From the IMG/VR virus record IMGVR_UViG_3300021387_000147: a stretch of DNA of 64,000 bases; one strand, 5' to 3'. This DNA is from a virus. Its lineage: Duplodnaviria > Caudoviricetes. Positions 28,646 through 38,966 of this stretch are shown here, in pieces. Each line of letters opens with the position of its first letter. The stretch's first letter is position 1. The translations under genes and the position numbers were made by a program. The notes under the pieces were generated by a model. It saw only the letters and a program-made list of their open reading frames with translations. It searched no databases and was not told where the DNA came from.

Positions 28646-29986
28646 TTAAACCTCTATATTATTTAATTTTAAATAGAAATGCTTACCTGGAGTTTCTACT
28701 GATTTATTTGCAAAGTTAGAATCTACTGTATAATTTACATTCAAATCTTCAAAATCTTTATTCCACCAATCAGGATAATTTATATAATCGTTAATCTGTG
28801 CTTGTGACATATACCATTGTCCTACTCTATCCCAGTTATTATTATGATATACAACAAATTCATAATCATACTGGCCACGACCGTTGGGCAACACAGATCC
28901 ATCTATGTAATATAAGCCTTTATCTTGTGGATTTGATGGTAAAGTAGTTAATGCTATTGGTTCATTATTTGTATCAACATCTATATACGATGTATAATCT
29001 TTTGCCATTTCAGCGATATTTCCGTCATAGTCACCTCCATTTGTTAACTGACCATTTTGTAAGATAGTAGTATATTTTTTAATGTTTCCAAATAGTTTTG
29101 CTGCTTTATAATGGTCATTGCCTGAAGTTATACTTACAGTAGTTACATTATTATATGTTTTACTTTTTCTTTTATAAAAATGATTTTGAACTAATCTAGG
29201 ATCCCAACCAGGAGCATCATTATATCCAAGATACATAAAGCTATCATTTATATTTAATGATAAAAGATAAACTTTATCATCTTTTGTAGGATGTCTGTTC
29301 TGAAATAACCCGCCTAAGAAATTTCCTAATACACTTAAATCACCTACATTAATTTGTGTAGCTGCAGTTGTATTAGAATATAATTTATAATTTCCATCAG
29401 TATCTCCTTGGAAATATGCTGGATAAAAGGCTTCATTTGTATCACCTTGATATACAAAATAATACTTATGACCTTTATAAAGTGTTATATTTAAACCATT
29501 TACTGAGCGTGTTCTACCTGTCATTTCATATTTTTCTGTCTCACTTCCTCTATTATCACCATCAATAGCAGCAATAAATACACCACTTTCATGTAGTATT
29601 TTTATTTTAGCGCTAGATGTAGATGAACTATCTGTAAAAATCTCAATAGAGTTTATGACCAAATCTTCAGTAGCATCAGTCATATCATACTCAATAGCAA
29701 CATTCTGAGTACCAGCAACCAATTTTTTCTGAGATGGAGGTTCTTCCCAATATCTTTCCCAAACATCATATTTACCAGAAGTAAGTTCTGCTAACTGTGC
29801 TTCTGTTGTAGATAATGAACTTATATAAGATGCATCAGCTGGTGTTAAGAAATATACCTTCTTTATTTCTTGTAAATTACTTTGAACACCATCTGATGAA
29901 TATACTATTCTATAAGTATCTTGATTAGGATTTCCACCTGCATTTGGGAAATGTAAACCTATTTTGCCTTTTATTTTCCAAGTCAT
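28646..29986 (-). CDS. putative fibre/receptor-binding structural protein
   Basis: 446 aa, beta-rich composition, follows the collagen-repeat gene. Confidence 0.45.
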   Translation of the reverse strand: MTWKIKGKIGLHFPNAGGNPNQDTYRIVYSSDGVQSNLQEIKKVYFLTPADASYISSLSTTEAQLAELTSGKYDVWERYWEEPPSQKKLVAGTQNVAIEYDMTDATEDLVINSIEIFTDSSSTSSAKIKILHESGVFIAAIDGDNRGSETEKYEMTGRTRSVNGLNITLYKGHKYYFVYQGDTNEAFYPAYFQGDTDGNYKLYSNTTAATQINVGDLSVLGNFLGGLFQNRHPTKDDKVYLLSLNINDSFMYLGYNDAPGWDPRLVQNHFYKRKSKTYNNVTTVSITSGNDHYKAAKLFGNIKKYTTILQNGQLTNGGDYDGNIAEMAKDYTSYIDVDTNNEPIALTTLPSNPQDKGLYYIDGSVLPNGRGQYDYEFVVYHNNNWDRVGQWYMSQAQINDYINYPDWWNKDFEDLNVNYTVDSNFANKSVETPGKHFYLKLNNIEV

Positions 29987-29987
29987 A

Positions 29988-31916
29988 TTATTGATGTCCG
30001 CTAACTACAAAAAATAATGAACCTTTACCATCACATGCACCGCCATTAACTAAGTTAGTTATTTCAGTATCACCATTAACTACAAATAATTGTTGTGCAT
30101 TCCAACCAGTATGACCTTCTTTATAATTTACAGCTGATATTGCAGAACTATTATTACCATCTGTATACTTTATCAAATTTGTATTTGCATTTATTTCTAA
30201 TTGTGATTTATTTACAAAATTCTGTTGATTAACCCAAGATTCTGCTTGATTCAAAGCATTAGCACTAGCATCATTAGCGTAGGTCTTAGTAGCATATTCA
30301 GCAGGAACAGCAGTTAGGTAATGTTTGTTTTCAACCCATGTCTCAGCTTCACTTAAAGCATTAGCACTTGCTGCTTCAACATCAGTTTTTAAAGCATAAG
30401 TATTAGGAATAGAAGTTAAATAACCTTGTTGTCCTACCCATGTCTGAGCTTGACTTAATGCAGCCGCACTAGCTTCATTTGCATATGTTTTTGTTGCATA
30501 GTCAGTTAAATCTGTATTCTTTAAAAATCCTTGTTCTCCAACCCAATCATGTGTAGCAATTACTTCAGTATTAACACCATAAGGTGAATTTTGAGTACCT
30601 TCACCACTAATTGTATTTGGTGTATCAAAAACATAACTTGCACCAGTTCCATCAATACCATTTCTTACATCAAATGTTAATGGATGTTCTGCATCATGTG
30701 TAGCATCAGTAATTATTACTGTTGTTCCACCTGGAGTTCCAGGAATTGCTGAATATGAAATAGATGGAGAAACACCATTTGAACCAGGTTCACCTGATAC
30801 ACCACTCATAACATCAATTGATTCTGTAGAAGGAGTTCCACCATCATCATAAGTAAATGTGACTCTATTACCGCCAGGAATTGCAGATGTTGAAACAGTT
30901 GGTGAAATACCATCTTTACCATTATCACCATCTAATACAGTAAATGAATCTGTATGTGTTGCATCTGTAATTGATACTGTATGTTGACCTGTGACTGTGT
31001 CATCAATTGTTATAATTGGTGAGAAACCACTTGCACCAGTATCACCTTTAGTGCCGGCATCACCCTTATCACCTTTATCACCTTTTTCACCAGATACACC
31101 TTGAGGACCTATTGGGCCTTGTGGACCAGTTGGACCTTGTGGACCAGTTGGACCTTGTGGACCTCTAGGACCTTCAGGACCTACAGAACCTGCAATACTA
31201 CTAATATAGATATTATTTAATTTATATCTACCTTGTGCTGATTCACCCTTAACTAAGAATTTTAAAGTAGTAGGTACTTCTTTTAAATTAATAATACCAG
31301 TTATCCATTCTGACTGCACATCTATTTTCTGTGGATTACTTGTAGTATCTTTAATTAAACTATCATCAAATAAAATAAATGTTTGATATAAAGCATCATC
31401 AATACTTGTGCTTTTTGAAATAGCAATATCTAATTTGTTATTGATACTACTCTGTGTAGGTTCATATAATACTTCAATTTTAACATCATAGATACCAGCT
31501 GGAATAGTAAGACTCTCAGATAATGCGCCAGCTTCATGATTAAAATCAGCTGCAGTTTCTGTATATGTAGCTAATACAGAATCATACTCATTCTGTTTAA
31601 ATAATGACCATAAAGAATCATCACTTGTACTAGATGATTCTATTGGCTGATATGTAACATTAAGACTACCATCAGCATTTTGTTCAATAGTTTGAATAGT
31701 CTGGTTTGGTTCACATGACCATGCAGATGGAGTAATTTCTGGAGTAAAATGTTCCATTGCGGCAGAAACACTTTCAATTGCTTCTGCCAATGTTTTATCA
31801 TTTTCATTAAATTTCTGTACTGTATTTGAATTTAGCCAATTACCATCAGCTACAGTATTTCTACTCCATTGTTTACCAGCATTACTTACAATTTTTCCTA
31901 CTAAACTTTCAGCCAT
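29988..31916 (-). CDS. collagen-repeat fibre protein
   Basis: Gly-X-Y run [15 protein letters not shown]...[14 protein letters not shown] repeats, three YATK-type ~35-aa repeats. Confidence 0.75.
   Translation of the reverse strand: MAESLVGKIVSNAGKQWSRNTVADGNWLNSNTVQKFNENDKTLAEAIESVSAAMEHFTPEITPSAWSCEPNQTIQTIEQNADGSLNVTYQPIESSSTSDDSLWSLFKQNEYDSVLATYTETAADFNHEAGALSESLTIPAGIYDVKIEVLYEPTQSSINNKLDIAISKSTSIDDALYQTFILFDDSLIKDTTSNPQKIDVQSEWITGIINLKEVPTTLKFLVKGESAQGRYKLNNIYISSIAGSVGPEGPRGPQGPTGPQGPTGPQGPIGPQGVSGEKGDKGDKGDAGTKGDTGASGFSPIITIDDTVTGQHTVSITDATHTDSFTVLDGDNGKDGISPTVSTSAIPGGNRVTFTYDDGGTPSTESIDVMSGVSGEPGSNGVSPSISYSAIPGTPGGTTVIITDATHDAEHPLTFDVRNGIDGTGASYVFDTPNTISGEGTQNSPYGVNTEVIATHDWVGEQGFLKNTDLTDYATKTYANEASAAALSQAQTWVGQQGYLTSIPNTYALKTDVEAASANALSEAETWVENKHYLTAVPAEYATKTYANDASANALNQAESWVNQQNFVNKSQLEINANTNLIKYTDGNNSSAISAVNYKEGHTGWNAQQLFVVNGDTEITNLVNGGACDGKGSLFFVVSGHQ
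31030..31190 (-). repeat. collagen-like Gly-X-Y coding repeat
   Basis: Tandem 18-nt unit ggaccttgtggaccagtt and 9-nt unit atcaccttt. Confidence 0.85.
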
Positions 31917-31963
31917 TATATTACCTCTTATTCTTATTTATAATAAGAAAATGGACAGAAGAT

Positions 31964-32560
31964 TTACTTCTGCCCATAGATTTTACTTAATGGAAATTCA
32001 TAATTCATCAAAGTTAAATGATATTTTATGTCTTCACATTTTACTTTGTCTTGTTTAAGTATATCATTTAAATATCGGTCATCTTCAACTAAATCAATCA
32101 TCTCTTTCGGTGTCAATTCAAAGATATTAGTTTCTTTAAAGTATGTAGGATGATATATTGCTGCAAATCCATGAATCCAATTACCACAAATTCCAGGATT
32201 TATTATTTTACCAAAGTTATTTTCTGCATCATTTACGATTGTTTCTATATAGGTATTATCGTAAACAACGTCATCATCTATTGTTAATATCCAACAATCT
32301 TCATCTTTATGTCTTGATAAAACAGGTATAAGTTTTTTAAAGGCTTTTGTATTTTCTTTTACCCATATTATCTCAAAGTTTAAAATAGTTTCTAATTCCT
32401 TAAGAGATTCTGGTATTTCCTTATTTGGAAATTCATCAGTTGATAAAGTTAAATAAATTTTATCTGGTTGTAAAGTTTGTTCTGTTAGATAAAATAAAGT
32501 ATCACAAACGTGGTGTATTCTTTTACTCCATGATGTAAAACTTACATATATCTTTCTCAT
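31964..32560 (-). CDS. GT-A glycosyltransferase-like protein
   Basis: VSFTSW..RI, KKLIP, ILTIDDDVVY. Confidence 0.72.
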   Translation of the reverse strand: MRKIYVSFTSWSKRIHHVCDTLFYLTEQTLQPDKIYLTLSTDEFPNKEIPESLKELETILNFEIIWVKENTKAFKKLIPVLSRHKDEDCWILTIDDDVVYDNTYIETIVNDAENNFGKIINPGICGNWIHGFAAIYHPTYFKETNIFELTPKEMIDLVEDDRYLNDILKQDKVKCEDIKYHLTLMNYEFPLSKIYGQK

Positions 32561-33300
32561 AGTTTCTTTGTATACTTTAAATTATGTTCAGGTTTTACTT
32601 GCTCATAAGTTGTTGGTGTTATATGGTCAGGTGTTAACATTCCCATCTTTCTTTCCATTTCTTTTTTAGATTTTCTCCAATAATGAACGAGTTTAATATC
32701 ATCATTAGATGGATCTCTTACCTTAAATGGTTCTTCTGGATTTACCATCAAACCATCTACTGTATTTACCGCACAACTCCAAGTCATAAACGTATGAGGA
32801 TTCCATTTAAATCCACCTACTTGTCCTTTTCTTACAAAAGACTTATAGTGAGTTAAGTATTCTCCTTCTGGAGTATATCTAAATGATTGTGACATTGATT
32901 GAGTTCTATCTTCTATTTCACAACCATCTTTATATGAAGCAAATTGCCAATATACACCAAATACTTTCACATCATTATCTAAAGATGATAAGAATTCATT
33001 TATATTCTTCCATTTAGATTTGTTGATGCGTAAGTATTCGTCATCATCACAAAAGAATATCCAATCATATTCTGTATTTCTTGAATAATGATTGTCATAT
33101 ATCTGTAATTGATTTGGAAATCCTTTTACTAGATACATAGATACATTCTTATAATTCTCATCTGTCATTTCATATACAGGTTCATAATCATTTAAATACA
33201 AAGTAATATGATCGAAACCTAATTTTTGATAATGATGAATTAAATCAAGAGTATCTTCTTGACGATATGCTTTTGTTAAAATGACGACTTCACTTTTCAT
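32557..33300 (-). CDS. GT-A glycosyltransferase (GT2/GT92-like)
   Basis: Y.KLGFDHI.LY.ND, WIFFCDDDEYL, LVHYWRKS; paralog of 1270-2172. Confidence 0.75.
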   Translation of the reverse strand: MKSEVVILTKAYRQEDTLDLIHHYQKLGFDHITLYLNDYEPVYEMTDENYKNVSMYLVKGFPNQLQIYDNHYSRNTEYDWIFFCDDDEYLRINKSKWKNINEFLSSLDNDVKVFGVYWQFASYKDGCEIEDRTQSMSQSFRYTPEGEYLTHYKSFVRKGQVGGFKWNPHTFMTWSCAVNTVDGLMVNPEEPFKVRDPSNDDIKLVHYWRKSKKEMERKMGMLTPDHITPTTYEQVKPEHNLKYTKKL

Positions 33301-34046
33301 TAGGCCAATTTCTTCAATACTTCTTCACTCGTAAATAGTTGTTGCTTAACGTTCTCAAATTCTGCATCTTTCTGAAGACCTAATCTAATAAATCCTTGAT
33401 GACCATGTTCCATGTACCAAGAACTACCTTCCTTATGCCAATATGGGAAACGTTCACCTATATCTCCTACAGAACCACGATAACCAATTACATCTTCATA
33501 CATTGTAGAACCTACATCGTAATAAATGAATCGAGGATCGCGAACACTTGCTAACTGCTTAAAGTCATAGAATGACATTGAGTTAGTCATTTGGACACGT
33601 TTAAAATCTGTAAATGGGATATTATGCTTCTTCAAAAATTCTACATTCATGAAACAATACCAAGGATGAACTCTCTTATGAAGACGATAACCACCACGGT
33701 CACCACAAATATCTCCAAATAAATCATATCCCTTATTCTTTACATGTTGCAAAATTTCATGTGGATCTGCCAAACAAATACAGTCACTATCCAATAATAA
33801 AGCATACTTTGTCTTTACTTCTTGTAGTGCCTTATTTACTGTATCTGCATGACCACCACCTGGATTGTCAATAAACTTAATTCCATACTTATTCAATAAG
33901 TTTCTATTTTCTGAATAATAAGCTGGAGAATTTTCATAAATCAACAATTCATCTTTAGTAACTCCAAACTGTGCAAGTTGATGCAAGCATAGAGTCAATT
34001 CTTTTGTTGCTTTATAAGCACAAATTATAATTGTTAAATCTGACAT
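33300..34046 (-). CDS. GT2-family glycosyltransferase
   Basis: LTIIICAY, IYENS, KTKYALLLDSD, YYDVGS. Confidence 0.78.
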   Translation of the reverse strand: MSDLTIIICAYKATKELTLCLHQLAQFGVTKDELLIYENSPAYYSENRNLLNKYGIKFIDNPGGGHADTVNKALQEVKTKYALLLDSDCICLADPHEILQHVKNKGYDLFGDICGDRGGYRLHKRVHPWYCFMNVEFLKKHNIPFTDFKRVQMTNSMSFYDFKQLASVRDPRFIYYDVGSTMYEDVIGYRGSVGDIGERFPYWHKEGSSWYMEHGHQGFIRLGLQKDAEFENVKQQLFTSEEVLKKLA

Positions 34047-34053
34047 TTATACC

Positions 34054-34596
34054 TTACTTCAATTCAACTTCGTAATCGCCAATCTTAAAATCAACAACTA
34101 CATTCAACTTTTGTGTATCTGTCATACTCAAACACAAATCATTCAATTTATCAATTGTGCAATTCTTGAAATGATAAATCATTGTTGACTTCTTACCACC
34201 AGTTAGAGTAACATCAAAATCAAAAGAAATTTTATAATCTTCCTTATTCTGTTTCCATAGAGTCTTATGGAAGAAGTAATACAAATCATATTCTTCACAC
34301 TTAAAAATCATCTCAAGTGTCTTTGTATTAAGATCCTTAAAGATTAAATCTTCTTTTTCATTAGCTTCTTCTGTTTTCCATGCTGTTTCTGTTAGAAGAC
34401 GTTTACTTAGAGGTTTCTTTGCAACCTGGAATTTATCGACAAAAATTGTAGAAATATGCTTCTCCATATTTTCTTCAACATTTCCAGGAACAACATTAGA
34501 AACCTTAACGTTTAACTTAAACTGATTTACTGTTGGATATACTGGCTGTTCTTTCTTACCAGTTTCAAATACACTATTATCTACTTCTTGTATCAT
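34054..34596 (-). CDS. tail-tube-fold protein (gp19/gp54-like, divergent)
   Basis: NQF.L.V, Y.F.NC.I..L..L.LS...V.V.F pattern. Confidence 0.4.
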   Translation of the reverse strand: MIQEVDNSVFETGKKEQPVYPTVNQFKLNVKVSNVVPGNVEENMEKHISTIFVDKFQVAKKPLSKRLLTETAWKTEEANEKEDLIFKDLNTKTLEMIFKCEEYDLYYFFHKTLWKQNKEDYKISFDFDVTLTGGKKSTMIYHFKNCTIDKLNDLCLSMTDTQKLNVVVDFKIGDYEVELK

Positions 34597-34666
34597 ATTT
34601 CACCTCACTAATCTTAAATATAAAAAATATTGCAATTTTGTTATTGCAATATTATATATTTTCATT

Positions 34667-34795
34667 CTAATTTTTCTTTTCTTTTTTGTCAGGCTTTTTG
34701 TCGAGCTTTTCTATAATCTCCATAAGAATCTCCTGTGTCTTAGCGAGATTAACTTCATCTGACTTCTTTTTCTTTTTATTTTCATTCTTATCCAT
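34667..34795 (-). CDS. small Lys-rich peptide (42 aa)
   Basis: GGAGG SD; MDKNENKKKKKSDEVNLAKTQEILMEIIEKLDKKP... Confidence 0.45.
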   Translation of the reverse strand: MDKNENKKKKKSDEVNLAKTQEILMEIIEKLDKKPDKKEKKN

Positions 34796-34824
34796 AAACA
34801 CCCTCCAAAAAAACCTATACAAAA

Positions 34825-35385
34825 TTATTCTACTGTTTCAGTTGCTTCAACCACCTTTTTCTTCTTTGACTTTTTCTTTGGTTTAGTTTCAACAATCTGG
34901 ATTTCTTCACTGTTTTCACTTGTGGTGTCTGCTTCACTAATAACTTCATCCTTTACCTCTTCAACTGGTTCAGTTTCACCTTCAGTCTCCCATCCTACAA
35001 ATACTGGTTCATCGACATCAACTTCAGACGCTGTTGTTTCTGTCTGTTCAGCTGCAGCCTTCATTGCTGCTTCCTTAGCTTCACGTTCAGCTTTTAAACG
35101 TCTCTGTTCAGCTATAAATGCTTCATATTCTTTTTCAAATTCATCTAACTTTGGTTGTGGTGCAATAGCAGGTGCTGATGCTTTATGATTATGAATTGCT
35201 TGCAACATTCTTTCTCTTTCATTTGAACGTTGTGCCTGCTGGTTTCTTAGTGCCTCTCTACGTCTAATTATATCGGCAAGTATTTTATTTGACATTTGAT
35301 CTCCTTGTTTTAAATTCTCTATTTCTTTTTCTGCAATTTCTTTAAAGATAATCTTTGATTTTGTTTTTGAAATGTATTTTGACAT
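34825..35385 (-). CDS. hypothetical coiled-coil/low-complexity protein
   Basis: 186 aa, Glu/Ala-rich with Lys tail; start may be the internal Met after an AAGGAG SD. Confidence 0.6.
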   Translation of the reverse strand: MSKYISKTKSKIIFKEIAEKEIENLKQGDQMSNKILADIIRRREALRNQQAQRSNERERMLQAIHNHKASAPAIAPQPKLDEFEKEYEAFIAEQRRLKAEREAKEAAMKAAAEQTETTASEVDVDEPVFVGWETEGETEPVEEVKDEVISEADTTSENSEEIQIVETKPKKKSKKKKVVEATETVE

Positions 35386-35751
35386 TTATACCTCACAATG
35401 ATCGATCATCGTTTCAGGAACATTCAATATTGTATATCCAACTGGATCTTTTGCTCGTGTAGATATAATTCGTAAATTAAATAATCTTACACCTTGAATT
35501 GGATCTGCTTCTGAAACTACTTCGTAAACACATGTATCTCCTGGTGTTGTTGAATGAACATGCATACCAGGATATAGTTCACAATATTTCTTTTCTACAG
35601 CTCCTACTTCATTACCGGTTGGCTTATATTCCTTTGCTTCTTTTACGGCCGCATTCAACTTATAGGCTACCCAATCTGGGCAACCTTTTGTTTGAACTAC
35701 AGCTTTCATAGCATGTAATAAAATATTGAGTTGTTCTCTATACACTTCCAT
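35386..35751 (-). CDS. hypothetical protein
   Basis: 121-aa ORF in operon. Confidence 0.6.
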   Translation of the reverse strand: MEVYREQLNILLHAMKAVVQTKGCPDWVAYKLNAAVKEAKEYKPTGNEVGAVEKKYCELYPGMHVHSTTPGDTCVYEVVSEADPIQGVRLFNLRIISTRAKDPVGYTILNVPETMIDHCEV

Positions 35752-35911
35752 TTGCTTTTTCCTTAGCCTTCTTCATTAGCTTTTTTATTGCTTCTTCCGA
35801 TGGCTTTTCCTCTTTATTTATATTTTCTTGAGGCTTTTCTTCAACTTTTGGAAGCTGAACTTTTTTAATGACTCTTTTGTAAGCCTTATTATTTCCAATC
35901 CACTTTGCCAT
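35738..35911 (-). CDS. small basic protein (57 aa, below cutoff)
   Basis: MAKWIGNNKAYKRVIKK...; fills the operon gap. Confidence 0.5.
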   Translation of the reverse strand: MAKWIGNNKAYKRVIKKVQLPKVEEKPQENINKEEKPSEEAIKKLMKKAKEKANGSV

Positions 35912-35914
35912 AAA

Positions 35915-36733
35915 CTATCCATTTAAAAAGTTATATAATTCTCTAGGTACTGCTTGTCTAATTCTTTCTTTATCATAATCAGATAACTGCTTAAAGTCTT
36001 GCTTTGCAAAACCTTTAAAAGCCATATCATCCATTAAACACTTACATATATATGACTTAGGCATAGCATGTAAATTCAATAGCAAACCTTCATTTCTATC
36101 TGGTCTTAATGAATGAACATCCTTTCCTGTAAATAAAGGAATTAACTGCAATAACCAACGACCATCTTCCCATCCAGCTTCAGAACAGAAATCCCACCAA
36201 ATTTCATCAGAGAATTCTACGTGAGGACTTTCAACTAAATAAGATTCTTTTACAACTGGATGAATTAATCTTGGACCTGAATTTTTCTTTGCATTCTTTT
36301 CATATTCTTTTGGATCATATTCTTGACCCTTAGAATCTCCTCTATCACGAGATGCGTTTTGAATTACATACTTTTCTTTATCTCTATCTTTATAATGTAA
36401 ATCACGAACTTCAGCTCCACGCTTCTTAATAAGATTTAATTTAGACTTCCATTTAATTAAACCACCCATTTTTCTAGCTAAACTTCTTCTACGACGTTCA
36501 CCAGCAGTAATCTTCTTTAATTCCTTAACATTACCTGTTTTAGGGTCAATTACTACTCGATAATTTGGGTCTGATGAAATCCATTTAGCTTTCTTCACAG
36601 ATGGACCATAAGGGTGACCATTCTTGTCACGCTTTCTTTGATAGACCCAACGTTTATGCACAGTAGCTTCATCTACTTCATCTGTGCACAAATCTGCAAT
36701 ATCTTCTAAATAGTCATCTAAATAATTATCCAT
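35915..36733 (-). CDS. basic protein, possible prohead core (gp68-like N-half)
   Basis: Arg/Lys-rich ITAGERRRRSLARKMG segment after VDE; late promoter. Confidence 0.4.
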   Translation of the reverse strand: MDNYLDDYLEDIADLCTDEVDEATVHKRWVYQRKRDKNGHPYGPSVKKAKWISSDPNYRVVIDPKTGNVKELKKITAGERRRRSLARKMGGLIKWKSKLNLIKKRGAEVRDLHYKDRDKEKYVIQNASRDRGDSKGQEYDPKEYEKNAKKNSGPRLIHPVVKESYLVESPHVEFSDEIWWDFCSEAGWEDGRWLLQLIPLFTGKDVHSLRPDRNEGLLLNLHAMPKSYICKCLMDDMAFKGFAKQDFKQLSDYDKERIRQAVPRELYNFLNG

Positions 36734-36737
36734 ATAT

Positions 36738-36752
36738 TATTTATTATAAATA
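36738..36752. promoter_or_regulatory. back-to-back late promoters
   Basis: AATAAATA on minus (36738-36745) and TATAAATA on plus (36745-36752). Confidence 0.65.
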
Positions 36753-36772
36753 TAATATAAAGGAGTAAATTC

Positions 36773-37294
36773 ATGAAATCATTAGTTATTAAATATAAAT
36801 CAAAAAAGAAAGGTAAAGTTGTCACAAAATGGGGAGTTTTGGATCCTCAGAATCCTGGCAAAATTTTACGTTCTTATGATAAGAAGGAAGATGCTGATAA
36901 ATCAGCTAAGGTCACTAATGTAGGTAAAGCAACCGATACTCGTTCAATGCATGCAGGTTCCTATAATAACATTATGAAGAAACCTCTAAATGAAGAAATG
37001 GGTGAAGGTAAAACTACATGGAATGCAAATGAATGGAAACCTAATTTTGAATACTTAGCAGGCAGAGCATCTGAAGCCGCTTCTGAATGGCTAGATGATA
37101 ATGATGATGCAAATGCTGAAGAATTAGGTCATTACATTGCAGATTTTGTTGTTGAACATCAAGACACTGTCTTAAAAGAATTTGGTAAAGCAGTCATATT
37201 TGAAATTCTAAATAACTGGTATACCGGAGACGATGATGACGTCCATGAATTAGCTGACAGTGTAGATGCTTATGTTGATGATAATTTAGCTTAA
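36773..37294 (+). CDS. putative internal head protein
   Basis: Basic N-half, PLNEE junction, acidic C-half. Confidence 0.55.
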   Translation: MKSLVIKYKSKKKGKVVTKWGVLDPQNPGKILRSYDKKEDADKSAKVTNVGKATDTRSMHAGSYNNIMKKPLNEEMGEGKTTWNANEWKPNFEYLAGRASEAASEWLDDNDDANAEELGHYIADFVVEHQDTVLKEFGKAVIFEILNNWYTGDDDDVHELADSVDAYVDDNLA

Positions 37295-37343
37295 ACAAAT
37301 AACTAGAGTTTTCATGTTATAAATAATTATAGAGGTAATTAAT

Positions 37344-37745
37344 ATGGCAGAAAAAGTACCAGGATTTGAAGAATTTATTAAAGGACTAAAGAAGTCTCTA
37401 AACGAAGAAGAAGAAACTACTGAAACAACTGATAACAAGGAAGATATGTCTGAACTTGACGCTGAAAAAGCTAAGACTTCCGTTCAGTCTATTGTTGATG
37501 CTTACATGAACAAGGACCCAAAGGATGGTCTTAAAGAACTAGGTGAAGATATTGGTAAAGCAATTGTCTACTTCGCTTGTAAAGAATATGTAACTTTCGA
37601 TATGTTCAACTCTGATGTTGAACAAAAGGCATACGAAAAAATCGTTAGAGACAAAATTGAAGAAGCATATAATAAGACTTTAGTGGAATTACTACGTAAT
37701 ATTGGTATTACACTAAAGAACGCTAAAAATACTTCTACAAACTAA
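37344..37745 (+). CDS. putative internal head/prohead core protein
   Basis: FEEF...SLNEE leader resembling a T4 capsid-targeting sequence; TATAAATA at 37318-37325. Confidence 0.55.
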   Translation: MAEKVPGFEEFIKGLKKSLNEEEETTETTDNKEDMSELDAEKAKTSVQSIVDAYMNKDPKDGLKELGEDIGKAIVYFACKEYVTFDMFNSDVEQKAYEKIVRDKIEEAYNKTLVELLRNIGITLKNAKNTSTN

Positions 37746-37822
37746 TTACAACCGGGGCAAAGGATTCGTGCAAGGTTGGGAATATGGAGGAACACTCCAT
37801 ATTCTTTTTTTATAAATATAGT

Positions 37823-38230
37823 ATGCTAACATTAGATAAAAACTCAGATTTTAAACGAATTGAAACTTCCAAGGTCCAATCCAATTATTATGATTTGGAT
37901 GTTAATATAGTAGATACAGAAGTATGGTCTTTTGATGCATTAGACCAAGCTATCGAAAATGTTCTATTAACAAATAAAGGCGAACGCATTTTCAATTATT
38001 CTTTTGGAACTCCTTTAATAGAACTCTTATTTGAAAATGATGTAAATACAGATTATATCGTTGATAAAGCCTTGGATGTTATAGAAACATGGGTTCCAAT
38101 AAAAATCATTAGAAGTAAAACACAATTACAAAGAGATAAAGAAAACCATGCAATTTCATTCTTTATCTACTATAATTCTAATGACGGAATGATTAGAGAC
38201 CACTGTTTTGCTAGACGCCTAAGAAAATAA
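37823..38230 (+). CDS. baseplate wedge subunit (T4 gp25-like); start re-called to 37823
   Basis: Y.DL, AL.QAIENVLLT.KGER.F...FG, I.TW.P; TATAAATA at 37811-37818. Confidence 0.85.
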   Translation: MLTLDKNSDFKRIETSKVQSNYYDLDVNIVDTEVWSFDALDQAIENVLLTNKGERIFNYSFGTPLIELLFENDVNTDYIVDKALDVIETWVPIKIIRSKTQLQRDKENHAISFFIYYNSNDGMIRDHCFARRLRK

Positions 38231-38243
38231 GAATCTTTTTACT

Positions 38244-38276
38244 AAGGTCCATTTTACAACTAAATGGATCTTTTTT
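38244..38276 (+). terminator. rho-independent terminator after gp25-like gene
   Basis: AAGGTCCATTT/AAATGGATCTT stem plus T-run. Confidence 0.65.
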
Positions 38277-38319
38277 ATATTAACTGCAAAAATCGAGAGA
38301 TTTATTTTATAAATAATAA

Positions 38320-38920
38320 TAAAATGGTAAAAGAGAATAGCATATAAATAGCAAATTTTTAGCAACTTTTCTTTTTTCGCAGATTTTTAAGCACATACAT
38401 AAGCAAATTATCTCTTTTACCTTAGGTTGATGACTATACCATCTGTTATGTTATTTCAGAAAAATAGTTACCATAGAAGAGGTTTTTTGTAATACGAATC
38501 CTTACAAACTATTTTATAAAGTTTATTTTTATAAAGAGAAAAGGATCCTCGGCTCAACCCAATGAGTTTTAGGTGAAGTGGACCCCAGAAGAAATTCTGA
38601 ATATAATAACACAAAAGAACAGCAAGTGTTCAGTGATAAAAGTTTAACGAGCTTTTTATACGCCGTCTTGAGTATTTTTGAATAGTTAAGTCCTTGTACA
38701 GGAAGACCACCAGGGTAAAGTCAAAATGTAAATCTCCTTATACGTGAGAGTCCGATATACTGAAAAGTATTATCCCCATGTTCTATAAGTCTAAAATAGG
38801 CTTATAGTTTCAAGGTCCTCTACCTGAAAAAATAGTTATCCTATAACATTTAATTCTATAATAATTAAATACATTGGATAACAGAGTTATCCAATGTGTC
38901 AATTCCTTAGGAATTGACAA
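38320..38920 (+). ncRNA. candidate large structured non-coding RNA (class unknown)
   Basis: ORF-free, preceded by TATAAATA (38308-38315 and 38343-38350); about ten hairpins, two GAAA tetraloops, G-U wobbles that work on the plus strand. Confidence 0.5.
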
Positions 38921-38966
38921 TTTTACTATAATAAATATTCTATAAGAATTATTATATAGGGTTTAT

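Noticed and set aside
38740-38810. GAGAGTCC and AAAATAGGCTTATAG resemble RNase P RNA conserved segments
   Set aside because: They lie only ~45 nt apart, there is no GAGGAAAGUCC, and no P4 pseudoknot complementarity is visible
38320-38920. Group I intron or tmRNA/tRNA in the structured region
   Set aside because: No interrupted gene flanks it, no convincing P7 (GACUA/UAGUC) pairing, and no T-loop or CCA tRNA-like ends
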